21,371 bases of DNA from Gemmatimonadota bacterium (lineage in GTDB: Bacteria; Gemmatimonadota; Gemmatimonadetes; Gemmatimonadales; GWC2-71-9), in NCBI GenBank assembly GCA_039591655.1, contig JBDHDE010000048.1, positions 1-21,371 on the forward strand, in the 5' to 3' direction. Each line of letters opens with the position of its first letter. Position 1 is the stretch's first letter. Position numbers and translations under genes: made by a program. Shown one piece after another: positions 11,546-19,900 of this stretch. The notes beneath the pieces are model-generated. The model saw only the letters and a list, made by a program, of their open reading frames with translations, made no database searches and was not told where the DNA came from.

Positions 11546-12228
11546 GGAAAGGCATGAAGCAACGCCAAATACGGATTGCGCCCAGCGTGCTGAGCGCCGA
11601 CCTGGCCAGACTGACCGACGAGATCGCGGTGGTGGAGCAGGGCGGCGCCGACTGGATTCACGTAGACGTGATGGACGGACACTTCGTGCCCAACCTCACC
11701 TTCGGCGCCGGTCTCGTGGCGGCGCTGCGGCGCATCACCGATCTGCCCCTCGACGTGCACCTGATGGTGAACCGCCCCGAGTGGTACATCGCGCCGTTCG
11801 CGGAAGCCGGGGCCTCGGTGTTCACCCTCCATCCCGAGACGACGGCCCACGTACAGCGCCAGCTGGCGCAGGTCAGGGCCTGCGGCATGAAGGCCGGTAT
11901 CGCCCTCAACCCCGGCACTCCGCTGACGTACCTCGAGGAGATCGTCGACGACATCGATCTCCTGCTCATCATGACCGTGAACCCTGGATTCCCGGCTCAG
12001 GAGTACGTTCCGACGGCGACCAAGAAGATCGCGCGGGCCCGCAAGCTGCTGCGGGAGTCGAAGAGCAACGCCTTCCTCGAGGTGGACGGCGGGATCTCCC
12101 GCGAGACGATTGCCGAGGCCCACAGGGCAGGCGCCGACACCTTCGTCGCCGGCTCGGCGATCTTTGGTGCGCCGGACCCGGGGAAGGAAGTGAACGAGCT
12201 GCGCAAGTGCTGCATGGCGGTGGTGTGA
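11542..12228 (+). CDS. rpe: Ribulose-phosphate 3-epimerase (start may be ATG 11554)
   Basis: IAPSVLSAD, HVDVMDGHFVPNLTFG, DVHLM, MTVNPGF, EVDGG, VAGSAIF. Confidence 0.98.
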   Translation: MRKGMKQRQIRIAPSVLSADLARLTDEIAVVEQGGADWIHVDVMDGHFVPNLTFGAGLVAALRRITDLPLDVHLMVNRPEWYIAPFAEAGASVFTLHPETTAHVQRQLAQVRACGMKAGIALNPGTPLTYLEEIVDDIDLLLIMTVNPGFPAQEYVPTATKKIARARKLLRESKSNAFLEVDGGISRETIAEAHRAGADTFVAGSAIFGAPDPGKEVNELRKCCMAVV

Positions 12229-12229
12229 C

Positions 12230-12793
12230 ATGACGCAGCGAGGACAGTGGATCGTCGTCCTGGCCATCGTCGGCTTGCTGGTTGGCGGCCTCGTCGTGGG
12301 CATGGCGCTGACCCCGGCGCTCCAGCCGGTGAGCGTGAACAGCGAGGCCCCCGACTTCCGCGCGGTAGACATCGTCACGGGCGACACGCTGGGCATCGAC
12401 GGCTACCGCGGCGAGGTCATGCTGATCAACATCTGGGCCACCTGGTGCGCGCCGTGCGAGGTCGAGATGCCCTCCATCCAGCGCCTGCACGAGAAGCTGG
12501 CGCCCGCCGGCCTCAAGGTCGTGGCGATCAGCGTCGACGACATCGGCACGGAGGCGGTGCGCACTTGGACGGAGGAGCGGGAGCTCAGCTTCCAGATCCT
12601 CCACGACCAGAGCGGGCGCATCCAGCGGCAGTACCAAACCACGGGTGTGCCGGAGACTTTCGTCATCGACCGCCACGGAGTGATCGTGAAGAAGATCATC
12701 GGGGCGGCCGAGTGGGATCACCCGGTGCAGGAAGCGCTAATACGCCGACTTCTCGGAGGTGACGACGCTGCAGTGGCAGAGTCTGGCGGTTAA
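12230..12793 (+). CDS. TlpA/ResA-like membrane-anchored thiol:disulfide oxidoreductase
   Basis: N-terminal TM, APDF, NIWATWCAPC..EMP, GVPETFVID. Confidence 0.93.
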   Translation: MTQRGQWIVVLAIVGLLVGGLVVGMALTPALQPVSVNSEAPDFRAVDIVTGDTLGIDGYRGEVMLINIWATWCAPCEVEMPSIQRLHEKLAPAGLKVVAISVDDIGTEAVRTWTEERELSFQILHDQSGRIQRQYQTTGVPETFVIDRHGVIVKKIIGAAEWDHPVQEALIRRLLGGDDAAVAESGG

Positions 12794-13706
12794 GGCACGC
12801 GACGGGATCCTGAGGAACTGGCCCATCAAGATCACGGCGCTGGTCCTGGCCGCGATCCTGTGGGCGGCGACCGCCGCGCAGGAGCCCGCGACGGACCTCG
12901 TGGACGTGCGCCTCGAGGTGGAGCCCCCCGAGGGACGCGCCCTGGCCGCGCCACTCCCGCCGGTGAAGGCGCTGTACGCTGGGCCGGGGCGGGAGCTGAT
13001 CAAGCTCTACGCCCAGCCGCCATGGGTGCACAGGGTGCTGCCCGACACTCTCACGGGCTCCATCTACCTGCTCGAGCTGTCGTTGGCCGACCTGACGGTC
13101 GAGAACGCCGAGGTCACGCCGCAGGACATCCAGCCGCGTATGGTCACGGTGCGCCTCGACGACGTGTTCCAGCGGACAGTACCGGTGGTGCCGCGCGTGT
13201 CCGTGATGCCCGACTCGGGATTCGAGCAGTTCGGCGGCGTAGCGGTGGTCCCCGGATCGGTCATCGTGCGCGGACCGCAGGCGCTCGTGCAGGGAACGGA
13301 CGAGCTGCACACCTTGCCGTTGGAGCTGGTGGAGGCCACCGAGCCCGTCACGCGCTCGGTCCCCATCGACACGTCCGCCCTGGGTGTCCTGCGGCTCTCC
13401 CACTCGCAGGTGGAGATCTCGGTGGACGTGGGCGCCGTCTCGGACCGGGTGATCATGAGCGTCCCCGTGGTGGTGCGGTCGGCCCGCGGCGGAAGCTGGG
13501 TGAGCGATCCGCCGGCAGTCATGGTGACGGTGCGGGGCCGCAGCTCCCGGCTCGATCAGCTCGATCGGGACAGCATCCAGGTGGTAGCGGAGATCAGCGG
13601 CGTGCAGCGGCGCATGGTCGTGGAGCTGGAGGTGATACCACCGGCGGGCATGAGCGCTTCGGCCACGCCCGACTCCGCCACGGTACGTCGCCGCGAACGT
13701 GATTGA
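12759..13706 (+). CDS. YbbR/CdaR-like membrane-anchored protein
   Basis: NWPIKITALVLAAILW N-terminal TM resembles YbbR proteins. It is followed by beta-rich repeats (VPVV...V.PGSVIVRGP; PPAVMVTVRG). Confidence 0.78.
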   Translation: MTTLQWQSLAVKARDGILRNWPIKITALVLAAILWAATAAQEPATDLVDVRLEVEPPEGRALAAPLPPVKALYAGPGRELIKLYAQPPWVHRVLPDTLTGSIYLLELSLADLTVENAEVTPQDIQPRMVTVRLDDVFQRTVPVVPRVSVMPDSGFEQFGGVAVVPGSVIVRGPQALVQGTDELHTLPLELVEATEPVTRSVPIDTSALGVLRLSHSQVEISVDVGAVSDRVIMSVPVVVRSARGGSWVSDPPAVMVTVRGRSSRLDQLDRDSIQVVAEISGVQRRMVVELEVIPPAGMSASATPDSATVRRRERD

Positions 13707-14739
13707 CGTAGTTCTAGGCATCGAGACGTCGTGTGACGAGACATCCGCGGCGGTCCTCGTACGGAACGGCCGTGGGCCGGAGCTCGCCAGCCTCGTCATC
13801 CTGTCGCAGGACGTCCACGCCGTGTTCGGCGGCGTGGTGCCGGAGCTCGCCAGCCGCGCGCACCTCACCGCCATCGGCCCCGTCGTCGACCGCGCGCTGA
13901 CGGAAGCCGGCGTTCCCCTGGAGGCGATCGACGCCGCCGCCGTCACCGCCGGCCCGGGGCTCGTCGGCTCCCTGCTCGTCGGCGTGTGCTACACCAAGGC
14001 CCTCGCCGCCACCGGCGGGCTAGCGCTCATCGGGGTGCATCATCTCGAGGGCCACGTCTTCGCCCCTGCACTGGAGGACCCGGACCTCGCGCCGCCCTTC
14101 GTGGCGCTGATCGTGTCGGGCGGGCACACGCTCTTGCTCGACGTGCCGCAGTGGGGACTCTATCGCCTTCTGGGCGAGACGCGGGACGACGCCGCGGGCG
14201 AGGCGTTCGACAAGGTGGGGAGCCTGCTGGACCTGGGTTATCCCGGCGGGCCGGCGGTCGAGCAGCTCGCCAAGGCGGGCACCCCGCGCTTCGACCTGCC
14301 CCGCCCGATGCTGGCCGAGGGGTTCGACTTCTCGTTCTCCGGCCTCAAGACCGCCGTGCTCCACACGGTGCGGGGGCTCGACGATCTGGAGGCGCACCGC
14401 GCCGACATCGCCGCTTCGTTCCAGGCGGCGGTGTTCGACGTGCTGGTCGCGAAGACCAGAGCCGCGCTGGAGCACACCGGCTACGCCACCGCCGTCCTGG
14501 GCGGGGGGGTCGCCTGCTCCCGCACCCTCACCGCCGTCATGGCTAAGCAGTTGGGGGGCCGTGCCCGCGTCGCCGTGGCGAGTCCTCGCCTGAACGCGGA
14601 CAATGCTGCCATGATCGCCCGCGCCGGGTGGTTCCACCTCGAGCGGGGCGAGCGGAGCGATCTCTACCTGGATGCTCAGGCGCGATTCCCCTGGCCGGGG
14701 CTGGAGCGCGCGCCGTCGCTGTCACCTTCACGAGGCTGA
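13699..14739 (+). CDS. tsaD: tRNA threonylcarbamoyladenosine biosynthesis protein TsaD
   Basis: LGIETSCDETS, GGVVPELASRAH, GPGL, HHLEGH, VSGGHT, DDAAGEAFDK, FSFSGLKT, GGV, DNAAMI. Confidence 0.98.
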   Translation: MIDVVLGIETSCDETSAAVLVRNGRGPELASLVILSQDVHAVFGGVVPELASRAHLTAIGPVVDRALTEAGVPLEAIDAAAVTAGPGLVGSLLVGVCYTKALAATGGLALIGVHHLEGHVFAPALEDPDLAPPFVALIVSGGHTLLLDVPQWGLYRLLGETRDDAAGEAFDKVGSLLDLGYPGGPAVEQLAKAGTPRFDLPRPMLAEGFDFSFSGLKTAVLHTVRGLDDLEAHRADIAASFQAAVFDVLVAKTRAALEHTGYATAVLGGGVACSRTLTAVMAKQLGGRARVAVASPRLNADNAAMIARAGWFHLERGERSDLYLDAQARFPWPGLERAPSLSPSRG

Positions 14740-14742
14740 CGC

Positions 14743-15597
14743 ATGACCGTCTACCCGCTGGCATTCTATATCGGCCCGGTGCAGATCACGGGCTTCGGCA
14801 TCATGGTCATGGTCGCATTCCTCATGGGTGGCTGGGTAGTCGGGCAGCAGCTGCGCGAGCGGGGCCTCAACGACCAGTACGCCTGGGACGTCGTCGTCGC
14901 CGCGGTGATCGGCGGCATCCTCGGCGCCAAGGTGTGGTACTGGGCGCTCGACCCCACCTGGGAGCGGTTCTTCTCACGGGCCGGGCTGGTGTGGTACGGC
15001 GGCCTATTCGGCGGCATCCTGGCGGTGTGGATCAACGGCCGGCTCAAGGGGGTGCCGCTGCGCTACACGCTCCAGTTGGTGGCGCCCGCCTGCGCCGTGG
15101 GGTACGGGTTGGGACGCGTGGGCTGCTTTCTGGTACAGGACGACTACGGCCTCCCCACCACCCTGCCGTGGGGCATGAAGTTCCCCGAAGGACTGCCCCC
15201 CACCACCGGGCAGAACCTGGCCCCCTGGGGAGTAGAGGTCCCGCCGGGGACGAGCCCCTTCGAGGTGCTGGCCGTGCACCCCACCCAGCTGTACGAGACG
15301 GCGATCATGCTCTTGGTGTTCTGGATCCTGTGGCGCATGAGGCATCAGCCCCGCGCGGCGGGGTGGCTGTTCGGCGCCTACATGGTGCTGTACGGGATCG
15401 AGCGCTTCCTGGTGGAGTTCGTCCGGGCCAAGGACGATCGGGTGCTGTTCGGGGATACGATCACCCTGGCGCAGGCTGCAAGCGTGGGGATTATCCTGGC
15501 TGGTGTCGCGATGGCGGCGCGATACTGGCGCGAAGATGACTTCAATCCTGCCGCACTGCCGGGACTGCAGCCGCAGCAGCCCCCGAAGGCGACCTAG
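14743..15597 (+). CDS. lgt: Prolipoprotein diacylglyceryl transferase
   Basis: Multi-TM protein with GLVWYGG, GRVGCFL...YG, HPTQLYE and RFLVEFVR. Confidence 0.93.
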   Translation: MTVYPLAFYIGPVQITGFGIMVMVAFLMGGWVVGQQLRERGLNDQYAWDVVVAAVIGGILGAKVWYWALDPTWERFFSRAGLVWYGGLFGGILAVWINGRLKGVPLRYTLQLVAPACAVGYGLGRVGCFLVQDDYGLPTTLPWGMKFPEGLPPTTGQNLAPWGVEVPPGTSPFEVLAVHPTQLYETAIMLLVFWILWRMRHQPRAAGWLFGAYMVLYGIERFLVEFVRAKDDRVLFGDTITLAQAASVGIILAGVAMAARYWREDDFNPAALPGLQPQQPPKAT

Positions 15598-16397
15598 GGC
15601 AGCGCCGCCTTCATCTCCTCCGCCGACTGCCACCGGTCTCCCCGGGCGTTGGCCATGGCCTTGTACAGCGTGTCCACCAACTGTTTCGGGGTGTCCTGCC
15701 GCAGCTTGCGGATGTTGGGGACCTTCCCCTCGAGGTGCAGCCTGAGCACCGCCTCTTCCCGCGGCGCCCAGAACGGCGGGCGGCCGGCCAGCGCCTCGAA
15801 CAACACGCACCCCAGCGAGTAAATGTCGCTGCGGTGGTCGATGTCATCGGCGCCCTCCACCTGCTCGGGGCTCATGTAGGCCGAGGTCCCCACCGCGAAC
15901 CCCGACCGGGTGAGGCGGTCGGTGCCCGCCTCGGCGATTGCCCGGGCGATGCCGAAGTCCAGCAGCACCGCGCCTTCGGGCGACAGCACGATGTTGTCGG
16001 GCTTCACGTCGCGGTGCACGATGTTCTTGGCGTGGGCGTACGCCAAGGCATCCAGCAGGTCGTGCGCCATGTGCAGGGTGTCTGAGATCGACGCCTGTCT
16101 GACGTTGGCCAAGTGCTCCCGCAGGGTCGGCCCATCCACGTAGGCCATCACGTAGTAGATGAGCCAGTCGTTCTCACCCGAGTCGACCAGCTTCCCGATG
16201 CGCGGATGGTCGATGGTCGAGAGGAAGGCGATCTCCCGCAGGAAGCGGTCGGCGGTGACCGACACCGCCAGCTGCGGGTGCAGCACCTTGAGCGCCACCG
16301 GCTGGTCCGACTTGTCGTATGCCAGAAACACCCTGGCGGCGCCGCCACGGGCCACTTCCCGCTCGACTCGGTAATGGTCGACCAGGGCTTCCTTCAC
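15594..16397 (-). CDS. Stand-alone Hanks-type Ser/Thr protein kinase (catalytic domain only)
   Basis: VARGGAARVF, VALK, REI, HRDVKPDN, DFG, GTSAYMSPEQ, DIYSLG, PPF. It ends right after subdomain XI, with no TM or sensor domain. Confidence 0.96.
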   Translation of the reverse strand: MKEALVDHYRVEREVARGGAARVFLAYDKSDQPVALKVLHPQLAVSVTADRFLREIAFLSTIDHPRIGKLVDSGENDWLIYYVMAYVDGPTLREHLANVRQASISDTLHMAHDLLDALAYAHAKNIVHRDVKPDNIVLSPEGAVLLDFGIARAIAEAGTDRLTRSGFAVGTSAYMSPEQVEGADDIDHRSDIYSLGCVLFEALAGRPPFWAPREEAVLRLHLEGKVPNIRKLRQDTPKQLVDTLYKAMANARGDRWQSAEEMKAALP

Positions 16398-16561
16398 TGA
16401 GGGAAGTAGATCGCGTCGCTTGATAGGTCACGCCTCGCGATGTTTCCGAGTTCAATAGTCGCGTTCCCGCGGCCGGGCGGCAAGCCGACGCGGCGCAGGC
16501 CGGGCCCCCCGCGCCTGGGGGCTGCAGGGCGCGAGAGGGATGCCGGGGAGGGGCGCCCGCG

Positions 16562-17557
16562 CTACCGCGGCGCGTCGTGCACCGTGCGCCTCGCGGTCCT
16601 CAGCTCCCGGATGGTGCCCAGGTGCTCCCGATAGGTGTGGGAGAACAGGTGCCGCCCGTCGGCCTGGGCGACGAAGTAGAGGTAATCGGTGGACGGGGGG
16701 TACAGCGCCGCGATGATGCTCGCGACGGACGGCTGGCCGATGGGCCCGGGGGGGAGGCCCTCGACCAGATACGTGTTGTACTCCGAGCGTACCCGGAGAT
16801 CGGCGAACGAGAGACGCCGCCGCTCGCCCAAGGCGTAGACCACCGTGGGATCGGCCTGGAGCCGCATGCCGCGCTCCAGTCGGTTGTGATACACCGAGGA
16901 GACGAACGCCCGGTCGACGTTCTGGGGCATCTCGCCCTCGATGATGGAGGCGAGGGTGACGATCTGATGGCGCGTCATGCCGAGGTCTCGAGTCCGCGCG
17001 CTCCACTCGGGGCGCCACCGTGCCTCGAAGGTGTCCGTCATCTGCCGCACGACGTCCAGGGCGGCGGCCTCCAGCGGCACGTAGTACCGCGTGGGGAAGA
17101 GGTAGCCCTCCACCGTCATCGCTGTGGAACCGACCCGTTCCACGACTTGCGGGTCCTGTGCAGCCACCTCGAAGCTCTCGGCGGTTACACCAAGCGCCCG
17201 CTCCACGCCCAGCGCCACCTCACCGATGGTGGTGCGCTCCCTGACCGTCACCGGTGCGACCTCCGGCGTGCCCCGGCGCAGCACCACCAGCACCCGCCCC
17301 ATGGGCATCCCCTGCTGCAGCGGATAGAGCCCCGGCTTGATGCCTTCGTGCTTGCGGCCCATCCGGGCGAAGCGCTCGAACTCCGGCGCCGACCGCACGA
17401 TGTCGTACGCCGCGAGGCTCTCGGCCACCGCCTCGATAGGGGCGTCGGGCACCGGCACCCACACCGCAGGCTGCGGGTTCTGCACCTCGCAGGCGGCGAG
17501 GGCGGCGGCGAGCGCCACCAGGACGGCTCGTGCGCGGCAGTCTGGTTGACCAGTCAC
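16562..17557 (-). CDS. mltG: Endolytic transglycosylase MltG (YceG family) with N-terminal lipobox
   Basis: EGYLFP, LASIIEGE, VYHNRL..GMRLQADPTV, YNTY, GLPPGPI, YLYFVA, HLFS. N-terminus AVLVALAAALAA|C. Confidence 0.95.
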   Translation of the reverse strand: MTGQPDCRARAVLVALAAALAACEVQNPQPAVWVPVPDAPIEAVAESLAAYDIVRSAPEFERFARMGRKHEGIKPGLYPLQQGMPMGRVLVVLRRGTPEVAPVTVRERTTIGEVALGVERALGVTAESFEVAAQDPQVVERVGSTAMTVEGYLFPTRYYVPLEAAALDVVRQMTDTFEARWRPEWSARTRDLGMTRHQIVTLASIIEGEMPQNVDRAFVSSVYHNRLERGMRLQADPTVVYALGERRRLSFADLRVRSEYNTYLVEGLPPGPIGQPSVASIIAALYPPSTDYLYFVAQADGRHLFSHTYREHLGTIRELRTARRTVHDAPR

Positions 17558-17618
17558 GCTGCCAGCCTAGGTATGCCCCGGGATCGGAGTCGGTGACTAA
17601 GGTAACAGGAGAGCTGGT

Positions 17619-17638
17619 CGCCGCCCGATGGGGCGGCG
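17619..17638. other. Perfect 8-bp GC hairpin between the FTR1 gene and mltG
   Basis: CGCCGCCC-GATG-GGGCGGCG. There is no U-tract on either side, so it is not a classical intrinsic terminator. Confidence 0.5.
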
Positions 17639-17748
17639 GTAAGAGGTTGTCACGCAAGGGGTTGGCTGCTGAGGAGCCGGTCGCAGTTGCCGGGCCTACG
17701 GCACGGAGCTTGACCATGGGTAAACCCTTGGCCGCCACCCCTATCTTA

Positions 17749-19761
17749 CTACGGCGAAACGCTTGCCCTCGCCCTCACCGGCTCCACCAGGAACACCCAC
17801 ACTATCGCCCCCGCCAACGCCGCTGCCACGAACAGCTGCGTCACGAACGTCTGATACGTGGGGAAGATTCCCAGGGCGGGAAGTGATGGCAGCCAGTCCA
17901 GCGGTGTGATGGAGATGACACCGGCTTCTTGCAGCTCCGCGACTCCCTTACCCGCGAAGCTGAACGCCATGAGGTAGAGCAGCGCGCTGGTCACCACGAA
18001 GAACTGCTTGAGGGGGATGCGCACGCCGTAGCGCTCGATGCCCAAGTAGACCGCGGCGAGAATCACCACACCGACGACGATGCCGGCCACGATACCGCCG
18101 GTCGCGGCAGCCGTTCCGTCGGACGTCGTGAACAGCGCGGCGTAGAACAGCACGGTCTCGAACCCCTCGCGATACACCGCCAGGAACGCCACGGCGGCCA
18201 GCGCCCACGCCCGGCCACTCCCCAGGGCGCGCTTCATCTGTCCCCCGACGAACTGCTGCCAGCGCCGCGCCTCGACCTTGGAGACCAGCCAGTACGACAC
18301 CCAGAACAGCACGGCGGCGGCCGCCAGCATCGTGACCCCCTCGAGCACCTCCTGCTGGGCCGGCGCGGCCCGGAACAGGGTGGCGAACGCGGCCGCGGTT
18401 AGCAGACTGGCCACCACCGCCGCCAACACGCCGAGGCCGATATCGCGCTTGCGCTCGGGCGCACCGGCGCGCACCAGGAAAGCCACCAGCGCCCCGATGA
18501 TAAGGATCGCCTCCATGCCTTCCCGCACCAGGATGATCAGCGACTGGACGAACAGCGCTCGGGGAGATGCGGTGGCGGTCAGTACTGTGACCGCTGCGTC
18601 GAGGGCCTGCTCCACTTCGCTCCGTGCAGCTTGCAGCCGCGGTGCAGCAGCGCGTCCTTCGACCGCAATCCGAAACTCGGCAAAGGCCTGCTCGACACGG
18701 CGGGCGGCGGCGGCGTTCCGCGCCTTGACCGAGCTTTCGATGCCCTCGAACACGAGGTAGGCATCCAGCGCTTGGCGGCTCGCACCGTCCCGATCACCCT
18801 CGAGGGCCGAGTGCACCGCTTCCTCCAGAACTACCTTTGCCCGGTTCGCGGTGCGCGCCGCCGCGAGCTTCCGGTCGGCGCCCAGCTCTTCGGCGGCCCC
18901 CGCGACGCGCGCGTACGCGACGATGTGGCTCAGCGCCGGGTCATCGCGCCGCAAGCCGGTGCGGGGAGCGAGCAGCGCTGCAAGTGAGTCGTCGCTCAGC
19001 TGCGCAGTTGCTGCGAAGTCGCTCACCATTACCGCGCAATCGACGCACCGCTCGGCCAACGCCCGGGCACCCTCCTCCGTTGCGTCGTTGGGCCAGCGCA
19101 GCATGGCGGCGTACAGGGCGAGGGCCCAGCGTTCGCTCTCGGTGAGCTGCTCGCCGAACCCCGGCATCGCGGTGCCTGCCACGCCCACGTTGATCTTGCG
19201 GAAGAACTCGAGCGGCGGCACAGCGCCGAGGGCGTCACCGTCGGTGAGATCGGCTGGGGGCGGCGTGAGAGTGGACGCCAACTCGCCGTCGCCCGCTCCG
19301 GTGATCCCGTGGCACGAGGCGCAGTACTGCCGGTACAGCGCGCGCCCCCGTACGAGAGATGGCGCATCGGCGGGCATCGGGTCGAGCGGCGCGCCGACCA
19401 CTGTCTCGAGCGCTTCGCGGAGAGCGTCGAGCTCGCTGCGCAACTCGGTCTCGGGAGCAAGAGCGGCGACACCCGTCGCCAGGCGATCGAGGTACGGCAG
19501 CGCCGCGTCGCCCGCGGCGGGGCTCAGCGCCGCTGCGCTCGCCCGCGCCTCCTCCAGGAACAGCCGCGCCTCGCCCAACTCCTCCTCCGACACCACCGCA
19601 CCGGCCACAACTCCCTCGGCGTACTCGGCCAGGGCAATGGTCGCCACGTCGGCGATGCGGCGTGCCACTGCGACGTCATCCTGCTGCGCGCCGGCCACCC
19701 GCGGGGCAGAGCTGGTGATTACCAGGAAGCCGACAAGGAGAGACCTGCAGTGAGATGCCAC
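17749..19761 (-). CDS. Cytochrome c / FTR1 iron permease fusion (PbrT/EfeU-like)
   Basis: Signal peptide, heme motif CASCH (19309-19323) with distal AMPGF, and a C-terminal multi-TM domain with two RExxE motifs (REGME, REGFE). Double stop TAG TAA. Confidence 0.93.
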   Translation of the reverse strand: MASHCRSLLVGFLVITSSAPRVAGAQQDDVAVARRIADVATIALAEYAEGVVAGAVVSEEELGEARLFLEEARASAAALSPAAGDAALPYLDRLATGVAALAPETELRSELDALREALETVVGAPLDPMPADAPSLVRGRALYRQYCASCHGITGAGDGELASTLTPPPADLTDGDALGAVPPLEFFRKINVGVAGTAMPGFGEQLTESERWALALYAAMLRWPNDATEEGARALAERCVDCAVMVSDFAATAQLSDDSLAALLAPRTGLRRDDPALSHIVAYARVAGAAEELGADRKLAAARTANRAKVVLEEAVHSALEGDRDGASRQALDAYLVFEGIESSVKARNAAAARRVEQAFAEFRIAVEGRAAAPRLQAARSEVEQALDAAVTVLTATASPRALFVQSLIILVREGMEAILIIGALVAFLVRAGAPERKRDIGLGVLAAVVASLLTAAAFATLFRAAPAQQEVLEGVTMLAAAAVLFWVSYWLVSKVEARRWQQFVGGQMKRALGSGRAWALAAVAFLAVYREGFETVLFYAALFTTSDGTAAATGGIVAGIVVGVVILAAVYLGIERYGVRIPLKQFFVVTSALLYLMAFSFAGKGVAELQEAGVISITPLDWLPSLPALGIFPTYQTFVTQLFVAAALAGAIVWVFLVEPVRARASVSP

Positions 19762-19842
19762 GGTAGCCGCCCTGCAATCCCTCAGCGAGTAGTTGGAGAC
19801 CCTGGGAGAACGAGCGGCGGAATCTAGATGAAGTTGGTCGGG

Positions 19843-19864
19843 ATTGCAAACCGTGTTAATAGTT
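19843..19864 (-). promoter_or_regulatory. AT-rich promoter/operator candidate upstream of the FTR1 fusion
   Basis: ATTGCAAACCGTGTTAATAGTT is an AT-rich island ~80-100 nt upstream of the start, with TATTAA on the minus strand. It only weakly resembles a Fur-type palindrome. Confidence 0.35.
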
Positions 19865-19900
19865 GACCACCTGCTTCGAGGTGCGGCGCGCAGCGATGAG

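Noticed and set aside
16504..16522. GC hairpin (GCCCCC/GGGGGC) between mltG and the kinase as a terminator
   Set aside because: Only 6 bp in extremely GC-rich sequence, with no U-tract.
16742..16760. G-run GGGCCCGGGGGGGAGGCCC as a phase-variable tract or G-quadruplex
   Set aside because: It is the reverse complement of the conserved GLPPGP codons of MltG, and the frame is intact.
17220..17738. 172-aa minus-strand ORF spanning the FTR1-mltG gap
   Set aside because: It overlaps mltG out of frame by over 300 nt and has low-complexity composition with no motif.
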